Part shown: piece after piece, positions 1 through 10,072 of the stretch
How positions within the stretch are numbered: the first letter of the stretch is position 1
How the letters are laid out: each line of letters opens with the position of its first letter
Origin: Mobula hypostoma
Taxonomy: Eukaryota
Direction: 5' to 3'
Length of the DNA stretch: 64,000 bases
Assembly (NCBI RefSeq): GCF_963921235.1
Contig: NC_086104.1
Coordinates: forward strand, 20,832,001 to 20,896,000
Notes under the pieces: generated by a model
The model's database searches: none
What the model saw: only the letters and a program-made list of their open reading frames with translations
Told to the model about the DNA's origin: nothing
Translations under genes and position numbers: made by a program

Positions 1-227
1 TGCAATGATAAAAATACTTTAAAACAAACTTTTGTATTATTAAAGTGAAACTTATAGCGCCTGTATATTGGTCAGACCAAAATAAATAAACAGCAACTGT
101 CAAACTATTAAATTAAAAAAATGTTGAAAACCTGATCGCCATCAATGCTTAGGCAAGTAACTACAATTTATACCTGGTAAATTGTACATATTTTAGAAGC
201 TATCAAGAATGCCACTTGACAAACAAT

Positions 228-855
228 TGGCGAGAGGAGAGATAGCAGCGCGCCACGCGTGCGCAGCCCTCCGGTGAAAAATGATATTGTATCCGTTAAA
301 TAGAGGCCGTGGACAATTCTGATTTGATGGAGATAGATGTGAAAGCACAGAGGAACATCTGGAGAAATTTCTGAAATGCCAGTTCGCTGCTGTTGTTACT
401 GTGCGGTCAGGAATCTTCCGGAGGGAAGGCCTCAAAATCCCTGGCTTTGCCTGCTGTTGGCAACTGAGATTGAGATCGAATCATTCGGACAGAGGCTGGC
501 GCTCAGTACTCGGTTTTGGAGAGCTGATCGGAGCTCCAAGTTTTCAGATGAGTCTGAGTTGGACTGTAGTCGGGGATGGCAGGGAGAGTTTTTCTTCCTT
601 CTCCTGTCTGTGTGAGATGTGGGACATTTGAGAGACTTTGAACTTTTTACTGTGCTCATGGACTTCTTCATCAAGTTATGGTATTGTTGCACTGTTGTAA
701 CTATATGTTATAATTATGTGGTTTTGTTAGTTTCTTCAGTCTTGGTCTGTCCGGTGTTTTGTGATTTCACACTGGAGGAAATATGGTGTCATTTCTTAAT
801 GCATGCATTACTAAATGACAATAAAAAGAGGACTGCGTGTCTTCATAATCTAAAT
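228..855 (+). mobile_element. Non-autonomous retroposon with a Rex1-like 3' tail
   Basis: CpG-rich head and no credible ORF; 3' end ggagga...tcattt...aaatgacaataaa resembles Rex1 tails at 49430-49510 and 25360-25420. Confidence 0.5.
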
Positions 856-1069
856 TTGTATCTCCCTTACTTTGCTTCACAGCATATTGTATCTCAATGC
901 TTTGCAAGTTAAATTATTTCCCCCAAAAATGTAATTTATTCCACTTTTCAATAACGTCACTGATTAAATATTTAGCTGTGTCCAAAAGCAAAGATAATGA
1001 GTGTTTGAAGCTGTTATGTAGTTCAACTTTAGACATTCTCTCCATCAACAGCATTATACTGATCAACAG

Positions 1070-1408
1070 CTCTTCTGGTCAAGATGGCACCTAAGTACAA
1101 CACTTCTTTTTCGACATCTTCTGTATAGATCATGAAACCATATATTTCACTTCTTATGTCTTTTACGTTTGCTTTTCGACTTGAATGTGATTCTGGAACT
1201 GCTGGAGCATGTGATTTGCAATTTGGAAATCGTTTGGATGCACCAGTACTCTGCGGTCTCCGAGAGGATTCTGGGAGGCAGAGGCAGCAAGAACGAACCT
1301 CATGGTGGGCAGGCTGCAGGACGGCACACAAGCCAAAGTTAGTCTCTATTTTGCCGATTAAAGCTTCCATTGTTCGCTGATTAAAACAATGAGGGAGGTT
1401 GAAATATC
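1070..1408 (+). mobile_element. 5' part of a non-autonomous element (CAAGATGGC head) interrupted by the L1 complex
   Basis: Starts cttctggtcaagatggcac; 1288-1400 is similar to 7340-7420, where the element resumes. Confidence 0.45.
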
Positions 1409-2484
1409 TTTATAATTTTTATTGAGTTTTCAAAGTAAATACATAGGAAAATAATAACTACCTTCCCTCTCCCCTTAACCCTCCCCCCCCCGATATATAC
1501 TCCTACCTAAAAAGAAAAGAAAAAAAAGGAACCGCCTGAGTATTGGAAGGTTTGCACATGCTCCATGGGATTAAAAATAAATTTTATATATATTTGTTAC
1601 TTTCCCCAAGGAACCAAGATCTTTATCATCGGAGCTGTAAATAAGGCCTCCAAATATTCAAGAATGTTTCATATTTATCTCCTAAAATCTAAAACATTAC
1701 TTAGCTTCTCAACTCTCATAGTTCCCTGGGGAATCTCTTTGAACTTCACCATGTTGCTATGTGTTTCCCTCCCAATCATCCAGGCAAAAAGGGAAAAAAG
1801 ATAGATAAGATACAAAAAAAGAAAAAACAACAACAAAATACCCCCCCACTAATGTTGTGACTGAAAAGATACACAACACTACCCCCCTCCATTGTGCAGG
1901 TCGTGGCTATTGCCACGTTTGCACACATGAATAACGTAGTGATTGGTCAGTGTTTCTTCCAACTCCCCCGTAACAAAAAATTGTATATATATAAGAAAAA
2001 TTAATATCATTATTCCCAGCTAATATTCCTCAAATTTTAACCTTCCTTCCCCTCCCTCATATAATCAATAATATATTTATATATTCATCCGCCTAAAGAT
2101 CCAACAGGCCTAATCCTTGATCCAGTCTTCATCTTCAATCCATCTCGCTCCCCTAGGTTTGTTCTTGTACCTGGTGAATATTCAAAGAATCTTGCACAAA
2201 CTCCTCCACTTTCCAGTAATCGTCAAAAAATCTTTTTTCTCCACCAGCCAAAAAAATCTTCAAGGTTGCAGGATAACGCAATATAAATTGATAACCGTGA
2301 TCCCATAGGGCTTTTTTCACTGGATTAAATTTCTTCCTTCTCTTCAAAAGTTCATAACTTATATCAGGGTAGAAAAAAAATTTTCTTCACCACTTCTATC
2401 ACCAGTGGCCCTTTTCTCTTCTTGGCAGTTTGGACAGCCGCCTGTAGAATCCTTTCTTGAAATCTTAAGAATTTTATTAAAATT
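1409..2484 (-). mobile_element. 5'-truncated L1 derivative lacking ORF2 (ORF1 C-terminus, spacer, last ~19 ORF2 codons, 3' UTR/polyA signal)
   Basis: 1686-2484 is the reverse complement of 3387-4184; the sequence then jumps to LGDKYETFLNIWRPYLQLR* and a 3' UTR with AATAAA (1418-1423). Confidence 0.8.
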
Positions 2485-2520
2485 GGGGGGGACGTCACGT
2501 GATGACGTGGGATTGAGACG
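2485..2520 (+). promoter_or_regulatory. Putative L1 internal promoter with overlapping CRE/E-box motifs
   Basis: GGGGGGGACGTCACGTGATGACGTGG at the extreme L1 5' end; function inferred. Confidence 0.45.
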
Positions 2521-2630
2521 TGCAAATCCAGCTCTCACGTAAAAAATCAGCAAAGTACCGTTTAAACAAAACAAAGTTAATAAATACTTTCTGAAAACTA
2601 TTTATAGACTTTGTAAGACTACTTTACGAT

Positions 2631-3737
2631 ATGCCTCCTAAACCGCAACAAAAGAAGTCTGCTGTTGCGAAGCAGCCGCGAGAGGGGAAGAAAAAAGGGC
2701 CTACTGCAACGATGGAGCCTCGGACTCAGGTTGGATCTCCTTCGGTAGAACAGGGAGCAATGGCGGTGGTAGTGGTTTCTCCGAAGAAGATGCCGGAAAT
2801 GCGCATGCGCAAATCGACACAACTCAAACTACAAGAACCGACAGCCACTGCAATTGAAAAGGACTCAATCGAGTCAGAATTGGATTCTGCAGAGAACACA
2901 GATGAAGAAGAGGAGGAAGAATTGGAAGCGATTGGAAGTAAAGGAGATGATAGAAACATAAGAGAGGCTATATTGCAATTAACGGCTGAATTAAGAAAAG
3001 TAAGAGAAGAGCTTAGAGATACAAAGATGTGCTATAATAAAGCTATGGAAAGACAGGACAAAATGGATAAGAAGCTTCAGAAGATGGAAAGAGCAATGGG
3101 GCATATGAATGATAGAGTGGAAAAAACAGAAAATGATCTGCTTGTCTGGAACTCGGAAAGAAATCGACTCTTGGAGAAAGTGGACATGTTGGAAAATTTC
3201 AGTAGACGTAATAATATTAAAATTGTTGGTCTTAAAGAAGGTACGGAGGGAGAAAAACCAATAGAATTTTTTCAAAGATGGATCCCAGAAGTTTTACAAA
3301 TGGAAGAGGAGGTTCGACCAATTGAAATTGAGCCGGCACATAGAGCTCTAAGACCAAAACCAAAAGATGACCAATATCCACGATCGATTTTAATAAAATT
3401 CTTAAGATTTCAAGACAAGGAAAGGATTCTACAGGCAGCTGCTCGAGCTGCCAAGGATAGAAAAGGGCCATTGATGATTCAAGGGAACAAAGTTTTTTTC
3501 TACCCTGATATAAGTTATGAACTTTTGAAGAGAAGGAAGAAATTTAATCCAGTGAAAAGAACCCTATGGGATCACGGTTATCAATTTATATTGCGTTATC
3601 CTGCAACCTTGAAGATTTTTTTGCCTGGTGGAGAAAAAAGATTTTTTGATGACTACCAGAAAGCGGAGCAGTTTGTGCGAGATTCTCTGAATATTCACCA
3701 GATACAAGAACAAATCCAGGGGAGCGAGATAGATTGA
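2631..3737 (+). CDS. L1 ORF1p (coiled coil, RRM, CTD; Transposase_22-like), 368 aa, intact
   Basis: LENFSRRNNIKIVGLKEG, IEPAHR and FYPDIS motifs. Confidence 0.9.
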   Translation: MPPKPQQKKSAVAKQPREGKKKGPTATMEPRTQVGSPSVEQGAMAVVVVSPKKMPEMRMRKSTQLKLQEPTATAIEKDSIESELDSAENTDEEEEEELEAIGSKGDDRNIREAILQLTAELRKVREELRDTKMCYNKAMERQDKMDKKLQKMERAMGHMNDRVEKTENDLLVWNSERNRLLEKVDMLENFSRRNNIKIVGLKEGTEGEKPIEFFQRWIPEVLQMEEEVRPIEIEPAHRALRPKPKDDQYPRSILIKFLRFQDKERILQAAARAAKDRKGPLMIQGNKVFFYPDISYELLKRRKKFNPVKRTLWDHGYQFILRYPATLKIFLPGGEKRFFDDYQKAEQFVRDSLNIHQIQEQIQGSEID

Positions 3738-4205
3738 AGATGAAGATTGGGTCAAAGAATGGACTTGTTGGATTTTTGAAGGTGGATGAATGTATAAATA
3801 TATTATTAATTATACGAGGGGGTAAGAAAGGTTAAAATTGGAGGAATATTAGTTGGGAATAGTAACATTAATTTTGTCTATATATATATAATTTTTTTTG
3901 TTGCGGGGGAGCTGGAAGAAGCACTGACCAATTGCTACGCTAATCATGTGTGCAAGCGTGGCTTTAGCCACGACCCGTAAAATGGAGGGGGGTAGTGTTG
4001 TGTATCTTTTCATTCACAACATTAGTGGGGGGGTATTTTGTTTTTTCTTTTTTTGTATCCTTTCTTTCTTTTTTTTTTCTTTTTGCCTGGAGGGTTGGGA
4101 GGGAAACACATAGCAACATGGTGAAGTTTAAAGAGATTCCCCAAGGAACTATGAGAGTTGAGAAGATAAGTAATGTTTTAGATTGGAGTAACTTTGTTAA
4201 GAATA

Positions 4206-7200
4206 ATGACTAATTTATTGAATTTTTTTGAGTTTTAATGTTAACGGGCTTAATGGACCAGTGAAAAGAAAAAGAATCTTAACACATATTAAAAAAATGA
4301 AGATAGATTTAGCTTTTTTTACAGGAAACGCACCTAACAGAAACAGAACATCAGAAACTAAAGAGAGATTGGGTGGGTAGTGTTGTTGCGGCTTCATTTA
4401 ATTCAAAAGCGAGGAGAGTATCAATAAAACGTTACCAATTAGAATACAAAATGTAATAACTGATTCTGCGGGAAGATATGTGATTATACATTGTCAACTT
4501 TTTTCTGAACTATGGACTTTTATGAATATTTATACACCAAACGAAAATGATGCAAAATTCATACAAGAAACTTTTTTTGAATTTGGCAGATGCACATGAA
4601 AAAATATTAATTGGAGGAGACTTTAATTTTTGCTTAGACCCAGTCTTAGATAGATCAACCAAGGCTGTTATAAAATCGAAGGTAGTAAATTTAACTTTAT
4701 CATTGATGAAAGATTTAAATTTGATTGATATATGGAGAAGAATCAATCCTAAAGAAAGAGACTATTCGTTCCATTCTCATAGACATAAAACTTACTCAAG
4801 GATAGATTTTTTTCTATTATCAATGCATATTCAACACAGAGTGAAAAATATGGAATATAAAGAATATTATCAGATCATTCTCCTTTATTAATGACAATAA
4901 TAATGGCTGATAAGGAAGAAGTGGCTTATAGATGGAGATTTAATTCAACATTATTAAAACATCAAGATTTTTGTGATTTTATGAAAAAGCAGATTCAATT
5001 TTTTTTGGATACAAATTTTCATTCAGTGGATGATAAATTTATATTATGGGATGCGATGAAAGCATATCTTAAAGGTCAGATAATAAGTTATACGTCTAAA
5101 ATTAAGAAAGAATATATGGCAGAACTAGATCAATTGGAAAAAGAGATTACAAAATTAGAAAAAGAATCTCAAAGAGATATATCTCAAAGAGATATGTCTC
5201 AAAGACATATGTCAGAAGAAAAACGAAGGCAACTTGTCAATAAGAAGTTACAATATAATACGCTTCAGACATATGGAATGGAAAAAGCAATTATAAGAAC
5301 TAAACAAAGGTATTATGAGTTAGGTGAGAGAGCACATAAAATTCTTGCCTGGCAGTTGAAAACAGAACAAGCTTCCAAAATGCAATTAGAACAAGGGCAA
5401 ATAAAATATCTTATAAACCTCTTGAAATAAATGAAACCTTTAAAAATTTCTATTCTGAATTACATCAATCAGAATCTCAAAATGATATTAATGAGATAGA
5501 AAGGTTTTTATCACAAGTATCTCTTCCAAAATTGAATTTGGAAGAACAGAAGGGATTAGATATGCCTTTTACATTAAAAGAAGTTGAAGAAGCTTTAGGA
5601 TCACTCCAAAGTAATAAATCTCCAGGAGAAGATGGTTTTCCACCTGAATTTTATTAAAAAATTTAAAGATTTATTATTTCCTCTCTTTATGGAACTAATA
5701 CGTCAAGCAGAAAAAATACATAAACTCCCAGAATCTTTTTCAACAGCGATTGTAATAGTATTGCCAAAAAAAGACAGAGATCCTATGAAACCAACATCAT
5801 ACAGGCCTATTTCTTTATTGAATACGGATTATAAAATAATAGCAAAAATTTTATCGAATACATTATCTAAATATTTACCAAAATTAATACATATGGATCA
5901 AAGAGGATTTATTAAAAATAGACAATTGGCAGATAATGTAACCCGGCTACTCAGTATAATTCATTTGGCACAAAAAAGGGACGAGAAGAGTATAGTAGTA
6001 GCCTTGGATGCAGAAAAAACATTTGATAGATTAGAATGAGATTTTTTATTTAAAGTATTAGAAAAATATGGGTTAGGAACATCTTTTATAAATTGGATTA
6101 AAACTTTAAATTCTAACCCTAAGTAGTGACAAACTCTCAAATTTCAACACCATTCCAGTTAAAAAGGTCAACTAGACAAGGTTGTCCATTATCACCTGCT
6201 TTATTTGTACTGGCGATAGAGCCATCAGCAGAACTAATCAGAATTGATCCAGATATTATGGGTTTTAGAGTTAATCAGGAGGAATATAAAATTAATCTTT
6301 TTGCCGATGATGTTTTGATCCTGCTTAACAAACCCACAACATTCGTTACATAAATTATCTTCTAGATTGGATGAATATGGGAAGGTATCAGGTTACAAAA
6401 TAAATTGGGATAAAAGTGAAATTTTACCTCTTACTAAAGGAGACTATAGTCAATGTCGATTAGTAACCCAATTTAGATGGCCGGTAAATGGTATAAAGTA
6501 TTTAGGTATAAGACTTGATAATGATGTAAAGAATTTAAATAAATTTAATTATTTACCACTATTGAAAAAAATTCAAGAAGATTTTGACAAATGGATGATA
6601 CTACCAATAACATTAGTAGGTAGAGTCAATGTTGTAAAAATGAATATATTTCCTAGATTACAGTATTTGTTTCAAACATTACCAATACAATTGCCACAGA
6701 AATTTTTTCAAGAGTTAAATAAATGTGTGAGAAAATTTCTTTGGAAAGGTAAAATGTCAAGAATATCATTGGAAAAATTAACATGTAAATTTGGGTTAGG
6801 AGGGTTACAACTTCCAAACTTTAAAACCTATTATAAAGCAAATCAACTAAGATTTATTGCATCTTTCTTTGATGATTGAAAACCAGCATGGATTAAAATA
6901 GAATTAGACAAGATAGGAGAATATAGACCTGAAGGTTTTATATATAAATGGGAATCTAAATGGATACGGGATAAGAAAGATAATGATCTTTGGAATAAGA
7001 TAAATGTTGATAATGAAACACAGAAATCTCTATTAGCAAGGAGACCTTTGTTCCAAAACAGACTTGTTCCTTTTACAATGGACAATCAACTTTTATATAA
7101 TTGGTACCAAAAAGGGATTAAATTTATAGGAGATTGTTATGAACAAGGTATATTGATGTCATTTGAACAAAGATAAATATAAAATATCAAATAATACTTT

Positions 7201-7345
7201 CTTTTGTTACCTTCAATTAAGGGCTTACTTAAAAGGTAAGCTGGGTCAAACAATGTTTTTACCAAAACCTAATGAAATTGAAATTTTAATTCAAAAAGGG
7301 AAAATTTAAAAATTTATTTCTTGTATGTATAATTTGATTCAAGAA
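4206..7345 (+). pseudogene. L1 ORF2 (APE endonuclease + RT), disrupted by multiple frameshifts and stops
   Basis: Consecutive ORF pieces 4547-6879 in different frames; in-frame 15-nt triplication near 5167-5211 (SQRDI-SQRDM-SQRHM). Confidence 0.88.
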
Positions 7346-7822
7346 CCTCGCAGCGGGCAGGCTGCGGGACAGGGTGCAAGCCGATGTTTGAACCCATTTT
7401 GCTGATTAAAGCATTGAGGCGAGTACCAGCTGCCTGCCTTTTGATTGCTCTGTACTGCAGGGGGAAAGGCCTGCTGCTGTGCCCAGAGAATATCACCCAG
7501 GTTTTCTGCATTTAGGATGTGGACTTGCACGACAGACATTCTTTTCCCCCCCCAATCTTGTAGTTGTTTTTTTTTAAATAAATTTTGTGTTTTTCGCCTG
7601 ACCCTTCTCGGCTTTTTGTGCGAGGGGGGTTTAAGTGTCAATGTGCCTGTTCCATTTTGTTTGGCTTTTGTGTGGAAGGAGGGATTTGAGGATTGATGTG
7701 CCTGTGCCATTTTGGGGGGGGGTTGATGATTGTGCTGCCTTTCTTTTCTTTCTTGGTTTCATGGCGACTCAGATTAGAAGAATTTCAGAGGTGTATACTT
7801 TGATAAAAAATGAACCTTTGAA
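7346..7822 (+). mobile_element. 3' part of the non-autonomous element, with a Rex1-like tail
   Basis: Ends gaatttcagaggtgtatactttgataaaaaatgaacctttgaa, similar to tails at 26360-26425 and 40725-40790. Confidence 0.45.
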
Positions 7823-7909
7823 TATTAATTAGGAACAATAATGATTTATTTAATGTAAGCATGCGTTTACAAGTCCTATTGCACTGTGTGCAGGTGCTAT
7901 TTTGCTGAC

Positions 7910-8057
7910 CTGGTCTGAAGTAAAGCTTCAAGAGGTGTGAGCCGATCTTGTAGCTGTTTGGAAACAGCAGTGAGAAGAGAAGCACAAACCGTGCTACATC
8001 CTGCCAAATCTTCATCCTTGACATAGTTCAGTAGGACAAAGTACCAGAATACAGAGC
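7910..8057 (-). CDS. BIRC6: BIRC6 coding exon (~exon 21), 148 nt; last BIRC6 exon found in the window
   Basis: aacag|GC...AG|gtcagc; SVFWYFVLLNYVKDEDLAGCS...LQDRLTPLEALLQT. Confidence 0.95.
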
Positions 8058-8600
8058 CTGTTCCCATCAAGAAGAAAAAAACAAATTACTTCTAATACAA
8101 AAATACATTTACAGTGAACTTGAACATTTTATTTAAAGTAATACCAAAACTATTTCCTGCATAAATGAAGCCCAAATATTGGCATAGATTAGCTTGGTCA
8201 AATACTGATGAGCTGAATTTCTATGAAATTCGGGGTTATCAGGTAAATTTATTTAGGATCTGACCATATCGTACCCATTGAGTCCCAGAGCCTTTTCATC
8301 TACATAGAATAATCCAATTAGGGAACTCTGTGGCAGTCCTTAAGTTAATAGTGCAAATTCAAACCAAGAACACATTACATACAACTACTTTCAATAAAAT
8401 TAACAGGTTTGATGAACAAGGTTCAAGTTCAAGCAATAAGTGCTAAATTTAAAGTAGATAGGTTTTATATTGTCTTATAAAATGAACCACCAAAGCAGGA
8501 AATAATGACCTGTCCTTAAGTTATTGCTTTTTATTTTATATCTTTAAAAATAAACACAGAACAAATGCATACTTATCAAGAGAATCAAAGTTCTACCTAC

Positions 8601-8698
8601 CACCAGTTGCTGCTGCAGGCAAGTAAGGCAAATTATCAAGTAATGCTTTCAAAAGAGCTCCTCCAAATCCCAGCTGGCTTGGATCTGTTTTCCCACTA
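8601..8698 (-). CDS. BIRC6: BIRC6 coding exon (~exon 20), 98 nt
   Basis: ttcag|T...G|gtaggt; SGKTDPSQLGFGGALLKALLDNLPYLPAAATG. Confidence 0.93.
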
Positions 8699-8857
8699 CT
8701 GAAAAGAATAAAATGGTCACTGTAAGTATGATGCAAAAGTGTTAAGTGAAACATATCCAATTCAACCATTTAAAGGTAAGAAATAATAGAAGTCGAACGA
8801 ATTGATCACTGCTTAATTTGTGTGGAATCACAATCCCTGCGAACTCCGTTTTCTTAC

Positions 8858-8989
8858 CTTATACAAAGTGCAAGGAACCGGGCACATTTGTGAGCTATAC
8901 TTCGTCCAGCCTCAAAGAAGCAAACTCGTACAATGCTAGCAAGACGTTTCTTTGTTTTTGAGTGCAGACTTTCTTTGCCATCTCTGAAA
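8858..8989 (-). CDS. BIRC6: BIRC6 coding exon (~exon 19), 132 nt
   Basis: tacag|T...AG|gtaaga; FRDGKESL...IVRVCFFEAGRSIAHKCARFLALCI. Confidence 0.95.
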
Positions 8990-9199
8990 CTGTATTTGGA
9001 AAAGTAATGGAATATTAAAAATAACTTTCACACACAGATCCATGGATTTGCAAAGTCTGACATGCTCTTAAGATAAAATAAAAAAATTAAAAGAGATGAC
9101 AATGGAAATAATGGATACAGAGGTATCCATCCTCCAGAATTCCTTAATTTCAAAATATTCCTCTGGTTTGGAAGGTAGCAAATGTATCCTCACTTCTAT

Positions 9200-10072
9200 A
9201 AAGCAACTTGCGGAACTATAGACAGTTATCCTCATGTCAAGAGTTAGGAAAATGCCAGAATCCATCAATGAACAGGTACAGGGTAAATTGAAAGTAATCA
9301 TACCGAGCTGGAGGAAAAGGAAATCCTAACTGGCCCATGTTATTTATTTGAGGTTTCAATTAGCAGTATAGATAAAGAGAAATCAACAGCAGTAGTAAAA
9401 GTGGAATTTCTTAAGCCGTTGATAAAATACCATAAACAAAAGTTTATCAAGTAAAATTAGGCAGATGCATTGAAGTTTAAAAAAAATGTACAGAAAGCAG
9501 AGAATAAGATAAAGTGGTCATTTTCAGATCAGGATGCTGCAAGGATCGATAAAGGGTCTCCACTGTTCATAATGATTTGGGCAAGGAGCTACATAATAAA
9601 TCAAGTTTGTTGATTATATTAAAGCTGTGTGACAACTGGAATTGTAAAGAGAATACACTGAGGTTTTAGGGAGACAAAATACATTGAGTGAATAGGCAAA
9701 AACATGACAGAATATAATGTTGAAATACATCACCCACTCAGGCAGAAAGAACCATGTTTTTATTAAAATGATGACAGATTGAAAAACAACACCTGTCACA
9801 TGAATTAAAGTTAACAATTAACAAGACTAAGAATGCATTGGTCTTATTGCAAGGGGATTTGAATACACGAGTTAGATTTCATTGCAATTATCTGGTATCC
9901 TGGTGAGACCATATCTGGAATACTGCGGGTTGGCCTGGTCTCCCTATTCGAGGAAGGATATAGATGGAATATAATGAACATTCACCAGTTGGAATACTAG
10001 AGTGTGGGAGGATTGGCTCACAAGGACAGATTAACGCAGTTTGACCTATATTGTCTGGAGTTTAGGAGAATG
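9200..10072 (+). mobile_element. Old CR1 fragment, split by the Rex1 insertion and resuming at ~13379-13440
   Basis: LVRPYLEYC...LYCLEFRRM before the insertion and LIKMYT after it. Confidence 0.65.

Larger units (their letters stand above)
2485..7345 (+). mobile_element. L1 (LINE-1) with complete 5' end, intact ORF1 and frameshifted ORF2, 3'-truncated
   Basis: G-run start; ORF1p; ORF2 remnants with APE motifs (FNVNGL, QETH, GGDFN, SRIDF) and RT motifs (YRPISLLN, RQGCPLSP, FADD). Confidence 0.93.

Noticed and set aside
1-7909. Next BIRC6 exon (YGLYSSPFDPVLFD...)
   Set aside because: Not found by eye in the non-repeat parts; presumed to lie beyond position 1
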